Below are positions 24,101 to 39,100 of a stretch of 64,000 nt of DNA, in pieces. Source of the stretch: Podarcis vaucheri (taxonomy: Eukaryota); assembly GCA_965113315.1 (NCBI GenBank), contig OZ220369.1. One strand, written 5' to 3'. The notes below the pieces were generated by a model. The model had not been told where the DNA came from. It was given only the letters and a program-made list of their open reading frames with translations, and ran no database searches. Position numbers and translations under genes: made by a program. Each line of letters opens with the position of its first letter. Position 1 is the first letter of the stretch.

Positions 24101-27100
24101 AAAGACACAGCAGACACAGGACTGCATGCTAACTTCCACTCCCAGACCTCTTCCTCAATCTGATTTTTGAGTAAGCCCCTCACCTGCAAGTTGCTACGCA
24201 AGTCGGACAGGAACGTGACTGGAGAACGGGTTTTGAGGTAGGAATCCAAATCCTTTTTGAACTGAGGTGGCATCACTCCAGTGAAATTGGTGAGTATCCG
24301 TGGAGCAATATTAATCTCACTCAACATGTCCACCTGTTGAGCACAAAGAAGCATCCTAACGTTATTTTCTACCATTTAGCTGTTACCCATCTGAAGTCCA
24401 CAGGGAAGGCTGAGTATTACTCTTGTATCACCACCACCATGATCTTAAATGTGACAGCTGCTTTATCTTGCCCAATGCAAACCAAAGCGACTTACAACCA
24501 ACCAACCAATCAACCAAAAAAACCACCCCACATCAATATATTAAATATATTAAAACCAGTGGGGAGGACAGACATTGAAAACATCCTGCCCAATTCTAAA
24601 AGGCCACAGATAATTAAGGGCCAAAAGGCTTGTTACAGAGGAAAGGTTTTGCTTGGTGTTTAAATACATGTTATGATGGTGCCAGGCGAGCTTCCCTAGA
24701 GAGGCATCCCATAAGCAGAAAGGCACCACAGAAAAGGCCCCTTCTCCTGTTAACACCCTCTGGATCTCTCATAGTGGTGGCACACAAAGGAGGGACTCAG
24801 GTATAGATGTAGCATAAGCAAACTGATATGCTGGAACAGATGCCAAAGTTCAAGTGCATCTTTACTACTAAGCAACGACTGCCATGTATGTTCCAGGACA
24901 GAATGCTCTTTTCAAGACCAGGAGTTCACAATGACATTCCCCACCTGGGGCGGTTCAGTGTTATAAACAGCTTCCCTAAGGCTGGGGGTAGCTAATGGGG
25001 TGCCCTTCAGATGTTGATGGACTACAACTCCTGTCATCTTTAAGCACTAGCCTTCTAGTTGGGGCCAACAGGAGTTGGAGTCCAACATCAGGAGGGCATT
25101 ATATTGGCTACCCTGTTTCATCAAAGCAGGTCAAGCTGACCCACTAGGGTCTTACTGGCATAGTTGTTTATGCAAAAGCATCAACACCATTGCACAATCT
25201 CAGGTGCTTCAACACATGAGGTCTCATACAAATCAGGCCTTGTACATTACCTTAAGGTTGGGAGTGAAGGGATCTGGAAGCCTCATATTACGTGGGAAGG
25301 CACTCAATATCAGATTCCTTAGCTGAATACAGTTTGGAGGAATCACATCGCAGAAACCATAGTGGTAGTCACAGAGGAATTCTGGGAAGTCATGTAACAG
25401 GACCAACAACACACGCAGAGTACCCTACAAAAAAACGGGGGGAAAGAGAACTAAGTATCTATGCTAAATCTATGCAAAACATCTCAGCCAACACTATTAT
25501 CAGAGCTTTCCAAATGTTTCATGTTGGTGACACACTTTTTACACACACAGGTCAATTTCCTCATCCACAATCCCATGGAAAAGGGCTGTATGATTTGAAC
25601 TTTACTGTGAAGCTACAATTGTGCTGGGAAAATAATCCAGACCATCACTGAATTGTAACAAATTCTCTTCTGCTCTATTCTAAATTCTACTTACCTTGTA
25701 CAGAATTTGCATAGGTTTGGCAAGTTCCACATTCCTCAGGAAAGGAGCCAAATATTTAAACAGATCTATCAACAGCTGAGCATACATAGGCCACCCCTGG
25801 AAAGAGAATTTACATGATAAGAGTTATGTGATATTTGCTAATATATTTACTATAATGTCTGAACTGGATCCCACTTAACATTGTTGGTAGAACTAACAAC
25901 TTGCATGCTACAAAGCAGTATACTACATTATTCCTTAATCTGTCAGGGCTACCTGAAATATGAAATCCATAGTGAAACCAGCCACTTATGTACAATAAGG
26001 GGCACTGTAGGGGTTGAATTCTGGACTTAAGGGAAATGGAAGAATGAGTGAGATTTACTGGAAAGACTTGGTCACATCTGCCCCAATACAGTGCAGCTGT
26101 GGACTCTCAGAAGTTTGATACAACCTACAAGGCTGCAAATGGTTCCTTGCAAGTTATTTCAAACTTCTGTTTAACATCTATGGCTGCTGGAGTAAACGGA
26201 TTTAAATATTCATTTTAAATAGAAAATAATTTTAACCTCTCTTTCTCTTACACTGCACAATCCTCCTCCCTTGCCCCTGCCTAGAAACAAAATAGGGAAC
26301 TTGTCCATTGCAGCTCATGTACCTCTGCACCACTGTCTTTGTCTGCTCAGAGACAACTAAAGGGCCAAGCATTTTCAGAAGCAAGGGCTGGTAATTAATA
26401 GGCAGAACAGTTTATTTTCAGAAGATTAAAAAGTACTGTCCTTTTTTTAACAGAGAGGAAGGGTATTCTTAAATTGATTATCTGAGATAATCCCACAACT
26501 CAGATAAAAAGTACATTAAATATGCACTTTAGTCAAGGTCACACAGGTAGAACTAGTGGAAGGAAGGCCCTTCTAGCAATAATACTGGATCACATCCTAC
26601 TGAGACAAGCACTGGATCCCAGTAGATGCCATGATATGTCGAGCCTCACTCAACACCACCACTGCAACCACACTACCAAGCTCATAACAATTGTAGCATA
26701 TAACCATATTTCTCCTACTTCCTTCTCCCACGCAACTGGGAGGCTGGCAGGGTATAGTTTTCACTTTTACAAAACTTAAGAGTTATGTGTGAAATAGGAA
26801 TCTAGGTTTAAAACACTGCTAAGTTTCAAAACAAATCAACTTCAAGCTTCAAGGTTATAAAGTTGGCCTGTTTAATTAACCATGGTTTGCTTTAAAGCAC
26901 ACTCCTGGATCTAGTGTTCCATGCAAAGGCAGCCAGTGTATTTGACTTAAGAATGTTTCAGTATTTAAAGGTTAAAAGTGAAGGTTTAACATTCTTGTAT
27001 TCAGACTGAATTTTACCAGGCTGGGTTTTTTAAGGGATGAGGATTAAAATCCCATTTTTAATCCGTCCTGCTGAGGTTTCTGGACCTCTTCAGGTAATCA

Positions 27101-30100
27101 ACTCTTAGCAGCTACGTTGTGGGAATATGGTAAAGACCTTAAAAGCAGACATCAGAAATTTAAATGGCATAAAGTCATTCTAGTTAAACAAAACCTGCAA
27201 ACCAAGATGCATCCTTATTCCCTTTGGAAGCTTCGTAAGTTACAGAAGATAAACTGCAGCCACACCTTCTGCTGTGGTGTATGTGCCAGCATTCTTGCAA
27301 TAAATATCCGATGGGAGATCAATTCTAGCCAAGCATAAACAAAACCTGGAGCTTTTGTAGGTCTCAGGATGTGAAATGTGTTACTGAAATAAAAACATAC
27401 AACACAAGCTTTGTGTCAGATTTGTTTAAAGCACTGCCAAGAATCTGCATTGAACTAAGACCATCCTTGAAGTCTAAATCAGGCAGAGGTGGTTAAATGA
27501 TTTAAGGACCAAGAGTCAGCATTCACTCTTGGCTAACCCTACAGGGCCAAATGCCAGCAGCAGTGGGTGTTTGTGAACCTCCAGCTGACTCATGCAGATC
27601 AGATGAAAAGGGCAGGTTATCAGCTCCTTCCTGCACATGAAATGTTCAAGCTGATGATCGGGGAGGATGTGATTTGTTCTATGGCACTATACTAGGAGAT
27701 TTAAATCTCCTTGCCCACCCCCAGGGTTGCATCTGCCTTGAAGGCAGAATTCCCAGTGGCCTATGGGTAGTCGTAATGCCCTTCTGTAAAGCCCCTCTGT
27801 CTCCTGCTCAGAAGGACCCAACAATTCCAAAGCCATCAAACTACAACTTATTCCTTCCATTGCATTTTATGCCAAAAATCTGTGGATTTTATAAAACTGT
27901 ACAAGTTTGCCATTTACTTTAAAAGTGCATCAAACATTTCTCTGAGGAATGATGGTGGCCCCAAACCATTCAAATGTAGTAAAAGATGCATAATTAAGAT
28001 CCAAGACAATAACGTATCATATAGGAATCACAGTTTTAATAAACAGATCCACTAAAGTAAAGGAGCGTTTTAGTTGCCATAAATTCCAATAGGTGCCCAG
28101 AGGGCAGTCTTTACAACTAGAATAGCACCATCTCCTGAGGGATCAATGTCCCAACTTGACCAGAGATTGAGTCTGGCTAAAGCTCTAGAAGCTCTAGAAT
28201 GTTCTAAATCCAGCTCCACAGCTACAGATCCCAATGTGGGACTGCACAGAGATTAAGACAGAGCAGTATAAAAACCCTTCCCTCACACCAAGAGGCTGAG
28301 AAGCACTGGTTCCATACACTATAGAACAGTCCGCGTACGAAAAGAATCCCAAATATGCCCACAAATTTTCTTAATGTGCAATTATTCCAGTAACCAAAAT
28401 AGACTCCAAGTCTATCAACATATTTAAAATTACACAAAATTAGTGTTAACTAAAGTGAACTGGTGTAAACTCAATGCAAATCACAGAAATGTAGAGTTTG
28501 AAAAGAACCTCTAGTCAATTAAATGATACCTACCAGAAGGCTGTGAGTGTCTGAAAGTTTATGGTTTCCAAGACATGCTCAGGAGCATTTAATTCTAACA
28601 GCAACATGATGAAAATGCGGTGGTAGGGAAGCTGCTGGAATTCACTTTGACGAACATCATGATCCTGCAAAAGGACTCCCACAACTATCCCAAGAACCTA
28701 GAGGTAAAAAGGCAAGGCACTCAGAATGCAACTTTTATGTATGCTTATAATTACTGCAATGCCAACTGGAATTCATGCACATACTCAGTATTTTTTGAAG
28801 ACAATACAACAAACTGGCGATCTTGACTGCAACTTTACAATAATGTTTTCTGCCCTTTCACATGCAAGTGAACAAGAAATATTCAAAGAAAAATATTCAA
28901 AGAAAAATAACAAGGGTCTCAAACCCTTATTCAGATTTATGTAATGCTTTTCCTAAGTGCTCCAAGTACATCCTGCATAGTACACTGACATTCTTTACAA
29001 TGTAGCTAAGGATCCCTTTTACAGAGGAGGCAATCGCCTGCCAAACACCATCCATAGATGGATCACGATTTTAAAACATGGAACTCCTAGTCTGTGTTAG
29101 TAAAAAAAACATGCTGCACCAGTTTCCATTCATTTAATAAGGAAACCTTTGCCAACCTGGCCCCATGGACTACAACTCCCACCAGCCTCAGTCATCACAA
29201 TTCTAAAGTATACTACCCATTCTCACAACCAGATAAACTCAAGATAGATGGGTACTGGGGGCAGGGAAGGGTGCTCCCAACCTTGTTGAGCAAGTTGATC
29301 TTGGTGACTGTGTTGGTGGCCTCCCCAGAGTGCTTCACCAGCAGTGCAATGAGGCGCACAAAGGCATCCAGGTTGTGGTAACACTTGGCACGGATCATGG
29401 TGGGATTGGCAGCCGGGTTGTGCTGCTGCTCAGCTTGAGCACGATAGCTGATCTCAACACACATTTCAGTGCAAAGACGGAAGAATCGTGTGATCAAATC
29501 ATCAGTTTTCAGGATTCCTTGCTGATGCATCTGTAATGGGGAAAAGGTAGACTCAGACCTAAAGAACTCCTCTTTTTCTAAAATCAAGCTAGTAATGTTC
29601 TATCTAGACATGCTAGAAAGCAAGTGGGCTAGACTGTAACACTGCAGTTTGGCATCAAGAAAAGGCTGGTGATGCTTCTTAGGGTCAATTCCTACATTAC
29701 CAACCATAAGCAGCATAAGATCATTTCTATGTAATCAGGTCCCACACCACACTGGTAATGTCTACATCCAGAAACCAGGTGGAAAAGGAAACTATGCTGG
29801 CAAGGAAGTAAACACGACACCCATGTTGCCTCTGTATGTAGGCGTTACTGATGCTGCATGCTATATGCAGAAAGGGACATTTCTTACTGTGAATTCCTGT
29901 TCTGCTTCTCCTGGAGGGCATTCCCAACCAGTGGGATAGCACCTCCGCCTGGAGCAACAGACAGGGCCATCATCTTGATCTTCCTAGACTGGACTGGCAG
30001 AGCAGAAATAAACTCTAAATGCCTTAAAATAAAAGAACCAACAACCTGTATGCAATAACCCAAGCACACATGCAGCAAAAACACGAGGAGCAGCTCCCCA

Positions 30101-33100
30101 TCTGTGCAGTGAGGCAGAAGCCTCAGAGCAAAGCTTCACCCACAGGAAACAATGGCAGGTGGAATACCCTCTGGGTGACATTGAAAACAGGAATTAAGTG
30201 CAATAGACAATCTCCTTCTCTCAAGGTTTCTAGAGTACATTCCAAAACACTGGAATATGAAGGAGCCATACCATTCCAGAGTAGGCTGGAACTATGGAAG
30301 CTGTACTTTATGCAGAATAAAGGTAAAGGTAAAGGTAAAGGTACCCCTGCCCGAACGGGCCAGTCTTGACAGACTCTGGGGTTTGTGCGCCCATCTCACA
30401 TCTATTGGCCGGGGGCCAGCGCTGTCCGGGGACACTTCCGGGTCACGTGGCCAGCGTGACAACGCTGCTCTGGCGAGCCAGAGCCGCACACGGAACGCCG
30501 TTTACCTTCCCGCTGGTAAGCGGTACCTATTTATCTACTTGCCCCCGGGGGTGCTTTCGAACTGCTAGGTGGGCAGGCGCTGGGACCAAGCAGCGGGAGC
30601 GCACCCCGCCGCGGGGATTCGAACCGCCGACCTTTCGATCGGCAAGCCCTAGGCGTTGAGGCTTTAGCCCACAGCTCCACCCGCGTCCCTTATGCAGAAT
30701 ACCACACATCAATTCTGCAGTGTTGATAGGTCCAACTAGTCATGCTTCTCCTTCAGGGACACACTGCTAGACTAGGATGCAGAAGTGAATGGTCCCTTCC
30801 ACATGAGGATAGGAGAAAAGTGCTCAGCAAAAGTAGTGAAGTGAAATTCTAGACAGGGAAGCTACATGGTGTAGGAGGGTTAAGACTACGCCTCTTAGGA
30901 ACGTAGGCCCATGAGAATGGATTGCTACTCCTGTCGGTTTCATAGGTAGACTGTCGATAGGTATTTCAGTCACTTGCAAAATCTGATATCACAATTTTTA
31001 AAGCAATGGTTATTCAGGATGAAATTCTCATTATGAAAGAATTCAAAACGCTTTTCATAAGCAATAATCTCTAGAATGCAGAGCAACTAAAGTGGCAAAT
31101 ATGAACAGAAAATTCTGCCACTGAACAACAGGGTTCCATTCATCAGTGATCCATTCACTCTGGCATTTTGCAGGGGTCAGCGTAACACTGAAGGCAGACC
31201 TGATTTTCAGTTTATTCCCTCCACATCTTTATCGGTTTTACTTGTGCATTATTTAGGCAAATTATGTTGCATTTCAGAGACACTGCAACTTTTTCTGGTA
31301 GCTGTCTAGGGATCTGGGGGGAAAGGCATGTGAAATTTTGCTGTCCTCATAGTACTGAATAGTTTTCATAGCCACTGTTTTCAAAGTGCTCCATACACCA
31401 ATAAGGCAAAATTTTAATGGCAAGTACCACCGTTTCTGCAGTCTTAATAAATACATTTCTATCTGGAAGAGGATCTGCAATTTACTTTATTCACATATGC
31501 AAGCAGGCAGTGGAGTGGCTACTTGAAATGCAACTTAAATAAGGAAGCAAAGTTTTGGCACCCCTGAAGGACGACTGTGGTAGCGAAGTAAAAAACTGGC
31601 AAACTGCTTGCCATATTCCACGCCCACATATGTAAAGAGATTCTAGCTTTTGCAAACACCTCTCTAACATCTGTAACACAGTGTCACCTGGGGGGGGGAG
31701 GAAACTGAGTTAAGGAAACTGGATTAAGTAGTGTACAAGCAGTGGCCATACCTGGCTGGTGGCAGTCACCCTCCCCTTCAAGGTGGCTGACCCAAGGCCA
31801 CACCCAGAGGGCACAGGGATTCTCCTTGGAGCATATCCCACATGACCTCTACATCTGCCTTCAGAAGAGCAGCTGCTTCCTTTGGGCACAAAATAAATGA
31901 GTGGAAGACCCTCGGGACTGTCAAGAGCTGCACGAAGTGCCCACTGGCGGTGGCAGCTGCTGCTCAGGTACGTGCTCTGCCCTAGCTTCTTAGGTTTCTC
32001 TCCTCAGAGCAAGGACACATCCTCCACCCTGAGAAAGCCAAAGAGCTCTGTGGGGCACTGGGAATCTTTTCCTTGCTGACCACCGCCCCACAGCATGCAG
32101 TCCCCCTCAGCCAGGTCTTTCTTCATTTAAAGAACACAACCTCCTAGTGGATGCAGTGGCGAGCCCCCAGCATCATGAAACTGGCTAGCACAAACAACCA
32201 ACCATTTACTAACACGTTTCTCTACACTGATATGACATGTTGCACGTACTGCCATTATGCAAAGTGGAATTTTAAAAAAGGGGAAATCAATATTACATAG
32301 TACTCTACTTGATCCAAGGGCATCATAACCTACTTATGTTGAATAAAAAGCACCTTTCTTTCCCCAAGCTCTACCTGTCCAACAAATGCAGAGAATGCTT
32401 TGGTGCTGTCACGCCCAGCTGCTGCAGAGTGGTAGAGATTCACCCACTCCCTCAGGAGATATTCTGCCTTCTCCCTCAGGCCAGGGGGATCATCATACTC
32501 AGAGGCCTGAGAGATCCCAGAATGCATCATGAAATTTGGCCCTCCATGAGCACGGTCAATCATGGCTTCATAGTTGGACCGTACCACTTCCATCAGCTGG
32601 GGCAACCTATGAGAGATCCAGAACGAACATGCTTGGGTTTAGATTACTTGTGCTATGTGCATAATTTTTAAAAAATACCCCTCAATAAACAGCATTGTAT
32701 TTCAAACATTTGCATCACATCGTTGTCCCACAGAGATAGCATATGAGATGTTATTATATTATTGCAACCAAAACTATGACATGGTTTAGGGGCAAGAGTT
32801 GGGAGCCCAGTTGGCATCTTGGTTCAGCAGACCTTTGAACCAAAGTCGCCTAGATTTAAGTCCAACATGCAATCCACTAACCCACAACGGCTCCATGACA
32901 TAAGCTTCAAAGAAACACAGTAAGAATCTGAATGAACTGTACCCTATTACTGCCAGATAAATTTGGAGATAAAAGGTGAGGTGACCTAGTCTAGTGCCTG
33001 GCATTAGGGAATGGATCTGCTGTAGTTGGGCAAGAACAGAAAAGAATGGCCTCTGTCCTTCAGCCCAAGACATCTAGGAGAGCGGACTACAAGTGCTTCA

Positions 33101-36100
33101 GAGATGGGGGGGGGGTATATTGCTTTTCAAAACCTTTGATCTGTCACTTATTATTACACCCTCAGTGTAACCATCACTACCTTCCAGAATGAAGATTTGA
33201 AGGTGTCACACTAGGGCGTGCTTCCACAAAACCATGCCTAACACTGCAGGACTAAAAAAGCATGTCAGTCCTGCCTGCAGCAAACTTAAGGTCTGAATTA
33301 CATATTCAGATGGCAATTTCAGAAAGTAGGTGGGAGAATCCATGTCTGAATGTTCCTCAATACGTGCAACTCCCTAAACACTGGAAAACTGCAAACTAGA
33401 GAAAGGGATTCTAGTCTTTTCCCCAAGGTGGCAATTTTTTTATATGTTCACCAAGTTTCTGATGTGGAAGAGCATTCAAATCTCCCCTGACTATTGTTGC
33501 TAAAGTGGCAACAGTCTCAAAAGACATATCACATGGTACTTCCAAATATGTAGTATGATTCTAAATTGGAAATAAATGTGCAATGGCCCATAATAAATCA
33601 AAGTTGTGCCTGGATTAAATAGAAAACTAAACAATGGTTAATGCAGGCTTGTATTTTGTAGATTACTCTCTACGTTAAAAATGGAGATTCAGGACTGGGT
33701 GGGGGATGGCACTCTGAAGGACAGTAGGTATTACACAGTGATCCCACAATGTAAAAGGAGTGGACAGGAATGGCAGAGCCTCACATCATCATCACTGCCA
33801 AACTTGCACTAGCAGGAAACATTCTTTCACAGGCACTCAACACTCTTAACATTACCCTTCTGGTGCATTCCCTCTGGAGTGAGCATTAATTCTCATCAAA
33901 GTTTCAATGGTGTGAAACAGATCTGCTTCTGTTATGTGAGCAACACTTCTTTCATCCACCAAGAGGATTTTCACCAGCTGCATTGCAAATGCCACTGCCA
34001 TGTAGTTCAAGCCATTCTCCATTGACTGTCAAGAAAAAGAAGGCAAGAATGTGAACAGTTTTCCTTCTAAAGCATAAGCAGAGATTTAATAACTAACTTG
34101 GCGGCAGTATCTCACCTGAGCCAGATGGAGGTCATACTGCTGCATGTTAACTAGGTGGTTACGGATCAGTAGCTCCACTGCTTCTACATTGTATTTATAT
34201 TCATCTCGACATTCTATCAGGCACCTGGAAAAATTAGATGTTTTCTTGTGTTAACTTTGTTTTCTCCTCAGTCTCAAGTTCCAAAAAACACAGAGAGGTA
34301 GCTACTTCTCCAATTATTCCACACATTCATTTCAGAAACACCAGCTGACTGTAACTGCCTCATGTTAAGAAAGCCAACAGACTTTGTAGCTGAAGATGAA
34401 GGAGCAGATTAAAGTCCAGCTGCCCCATTTACAAAAGACTGTCCACCCACCAGCAAGTCCATAAATGGAGAACACAAAAACCCTTTCCAAACAGGAGCAG
34501 CAGATCAGATGCCGATCCTCTGATGACCTGAAAGCATGTGAGGCAAGAGCAGGAAACCTCAAATTTGAAGTGCATGGGAAAGGGGTCTGGGTAGAAAAAC
34601 TCAAAGCACCACTGCTGAAAATTTTGTGAAACAAACACTTGCCCATCAGAACAATTAGCTGCAAACACTTGCTCAGAATTCTGAGGATCCAATGACCCAT
34701 AAAGACCAGAAACAGCACAGGCAGCCACCTAGAGTGCCAAACCCTCACATCTAAGTCTATTGCTTTCCATAAGACTGTTGGTTAGGAGAGGAGCATCATC
34801 TATTTTAAATGGTTAGTTTCTGGAAATGGAAACAGGAATTAGCTAACATCTTGAAATGTTGACAACAGCAAGGTGAACCCTTGCCTGTATCCATATTATG
34901 ACAGCCAACTGCAAGCCAATACACTTCTAGGGTCCTACACCAACAACACATGGAAAGCAAAATAAAATAAAATAAAATAAATTCTATCCGGCTTTTTTAT
35001 TTCCGCTTTTACAGCTTATATGTGTAAATACCAACAGACAATAACCAGAAACTGTAGCCACATTGCTAGGAGCAGCTTATAACAATGTAAAACCACAAAG
35101 TCACAGTATAACTATTTTAGGAATCGAAAAATATTCATACTGCAAGTTTTCGATCCAAACTAGATGAAACTAGCAATTGTGTGAATGGCTTAAAAACAAA
35201 ACAAAAAACAAATAGGGTAGGAATTGGGGCTCATGTCCCCTGCACCTGCCACAGTTTAATGAAACTTTCACTGCATGAATGGAAGTTGATCTCTGAATGA
35301 AGGTAGCAGGTGCAGGCTCTCCAATTCAAATAGAAACTGCAATGGGGGGACGAGACACAAATGTTTTAAGCCCCGCCACACCAGACTCTCAATCCAGACA
35401 AAGGGTCAGTTTTGTTTAAGTTGCATGAATGGTAGTTTACCTCTTTTATCACCCAACTTAATTCTCACACCAATATCCTATTTCAGGAGAAAGCCCCAAA
35501 CCCTTGACTACTGAATCCATATGACACTTATCATGCAACTCATTATGTAACTTAGTGGGATACAGAGCAGTAACTTACTAGGTGAAATCCTTATGTTGGC
35601 CAAAATCATAATATATTTAAATAGAGCTTCTACAGCCTTCAAAGTTTTATTCTTTCATCACTGACCTTGTAATCTGCTTGTTGCACCATGGAGACCCATA
35701 AGCACGGCCATCCTGCAGTGCTTTTAAAACAAGCAAGTGACATTCCCGGTAGCGGAGGAGGAGGTCAGCATCTGCACCACTGGTGGCATCTAACAAACCT
35801 TCAACTGCCTGTAGGAAGAGGAGCAAACACTTAAAAGCAACATCTTACTGAGTCATTTGGAGAGGAATCGAACTGTTTTGCTCTCGGGAGACAATGCATT
35901 CGGTGGCTTTTGCATAGTATGAATGCAGCCCATTATCATCATCATCATCATCGCTGTACATCATCCTTGTACTTTTGCCTCCAACAATGCTCACCACCAG
36001 CACTCAAGCTTTGAAAGAGTAGCCCACAAGGGAATGCGGCAATTGGGCGGTAAAAGGGCTTCTAATGACAGACATTCCCAAGCAACTGTTTTTAAAGCCT

Positions 36101-39100
36101 CCTACACAACAGCCCAGAAAACACAGCAAAAAAACAGCAGATGGCAGGAGGAACTGCTATATCCACTATAGAAGGATCCTTCCTCACCACTTGGAAAGCA
36201 GCTTTTCTTAAATAGTATGTATTTTCCCAGAATAATCTGTATTCAATCCTGACTGTTCTGATCCTGTGCTCGGTTCAAGTAGTTTAATGCTGTAACTGTG
36301 TGCATGTTTCTTACAGTAGAAAGCTTTGGATAAAGTGAGCCTCTCTCCATGGCCCAGGAGTCACAGATATACAATGAAGCAAGTTCATACACAAACCTTC
36401 TGTAGCAGTCCAAGGGCTGCAATAGCATCACGAGAATTACGAGCCACAACAACAGCCTCCAAAAGGCTTCGCAAGGCTTGAGTCTGTGGATTCATAGACA
36501 GGGTGTGAGGAACGGACTGAAGGTGCTGCTCCAGTTCTGCCATACATTTATCATAGATCTGCGCGACATCATCTGTTGCCCAGGCTTGCTGATTTAAAAG
36601 AAATCAAGAATACTTTATTAGTTAAATGAATGCTAATGAATGAGAATTCTGACCATTTATCATGACAGATTTCTCAATAACTTTTTCATTCCATTACTGC
36701 TTTCACCAGCAATATTGGCTGGTACTTTTTACACTTAACATTTAGCTAAAACAGCAAATCATCTGCAGATTTTATTGTGAACAGTTTATAATGAAACAAA
36801 GTATAAATCGTCATGGATTAAAAGGGGGGGGGGTAATCAGTGAACTGGTTTACGTAATTAGCTCCCACAGAGTTCATAATCTAAATTTGTGTGGCATTTC
36901 ATTCTGACTTTCAAATAATACTATTAAGACTGTATAGCTTTGAAGAGAAGCACAAACAATAAGCAACCTCTCTATTTTCTGGAAGCCTCCAATAACTTGT
37001 AAAATAAATGGTCACAGTGTAGTTTACTTTAACCTGAGAATCACTTCAACCATCTCAACTGGATTTCTACCTTCATAGGCTGAGCTAGGATTCCTGTGGG
37101 TTGGGTCGAGTCATTGGTTGGTAAGAAACCAGGAACATTCCGTGCAAATTCTTCATAAACGGCTAGCTGCTTTGGGTCCACTCCACCAACCTTAAAAGAA
37201 AGTAGGAAAATTTGGATAAGTAGAAGACTCCAACAAGGCCTCCCAACTGATATTGTGGCATTGATCATACTTTTAATTCTCTTAATTTCGCACCTTCAAC
37301 CTGATCTGTTCTGGCATCCGTTCAGCCTGATAAGTCAATACTACAGGATCACAGTACCTACGACCCTCTTGCCTGGCATGTTTTCTGAGCTCAAATTCCT
37401 GGAAAAGAAGAAGAAAAAAAGATGAATGACTTGGTAATCACATGATTTAACTTTAAACTGAAACTCTGCAACATACTTACAGTGGCCAGCCTCTTGTCCA
37501 TTTCAGGGCCTGCTTTTTCTACAGCTGTCTTCTGAATGAAACAGCATGCCAACTCACAGTTATCTTGGGCTAACTGTGCTGCTGCCTGCTCCATCATCTC
37601 CCTCTGCTGTGGTGAGGCTGCCTATTTTAAAAAGCAAGCCATTAAAAAAGGACTATGCCCACAATGAGCAAATACTCATAATGTCAGTTACAGATGTTCA
37701 TAAATATGGCATCACTTTGCATGGAGTTAGCATAAAGTAAACCATCAAGCAAATTACATGCTTCATTCAAAATCTACATATAAACAAAAGGGAAAAAATC
37801 TGCCAAATAATTAGCATGTGCCCCACATTACATACTTCTAGTGCAATTCTATGTATGTGTTTTTTTCTGAAATAAGTTCCAGGCATAGGACTGAATTCAC
37901 TTATCATAGGTGCCCTCTAAATGCAGTAATGGGATATTTTCCCTCATTAGTATACACAAATGCAAAAACCAATGTACTGGAACTAATGGCTTTACTAAAC
38001 CACAGCAAAAGATCTTTAGTAAAAGATCCTTCAGTAACAGGCTGCCCTTATTTCTTCTCGTTTCTTTTAAAAATCAGGAAAATTATTTTGATTAATGCTG
38101 TCTGACAAATCAACAGAATTCTTATCTGCTAATGGCAAGACTCTTGTAAAGCTATTACTCATACCATTCCTTAGTACTGCAAGGTTTTATTCAGCCTCAA
38201 TATCAAAATGGACATTCTCATGCCTGTTATAATGCCAAGAAAAGTGAACACAAGAAGATTCACTCCATGAAGAACTAGCGCAGTTACAGCTGCAAGGCTG
38301 TGTGTTTTGTTGTAAACTTCACTTGCTTCCATAGCCCTTATGTGCAAGTTGTTGCTGCATCAACCATGGGCCACATACCAAGTGTTCAGAAAGTCAAGCA
38401 GAATTGTTTCACAGATGAACTAAAGCAAATGCTAAAGTCTACTTTTTGGCCACAAGTCTAAACTACAGTTTAGCAAAATGTGAATGAGCTTGCTAGCCAT
38501 GCCCTTGTCCCATCACTCCTCCCCTCCTCTTGCATGGCTGAAAAGAAGTGCAAAAGTTTTCACTTCCTTTTTTAGTTGATCACAGGTTCCTGTTTCATCT
38601 GAACCTGGAATTGTGGTTTAACACTAACGATGGTTAGTTTAATAACAAGCCAGCTGCAAAAACAATATCCACTGACAATATCCCTATCCACTGTTATTTT
38701 ATAGAACAATGGATTCCCCCCGCACCCCATGGAAAAAATACAAAAGTTCTCCACAGCACGTCACTAAAAAAGCAAAGGTAAAGAACAACAAAAAAGACAA
38801 CTTGAGACTGGATTTAACAATGGGTTATTAATTTCAATCAGTGGAAAATTGTAACGGATGAGACGTGGTTTTCAGAAATCTTCAACGCACAATTCATAGC
38901 TCAGGATGCAAACAACAGCTGCAGAAGGCAGAAGGTGCGCGTGCGAATCTTTTCCCTCCCAGCTGACAAAAAAATTATCTTTTAATCCTATTTGCATTTT
39001 TAAAAACATGTAGGTTAAATGCAGACACATCTCACTTCAAATCTAGTTCGGTCCGCATTCTCATCACCTTTCTATACTATTGAATCTGAGCAGGGCATTA

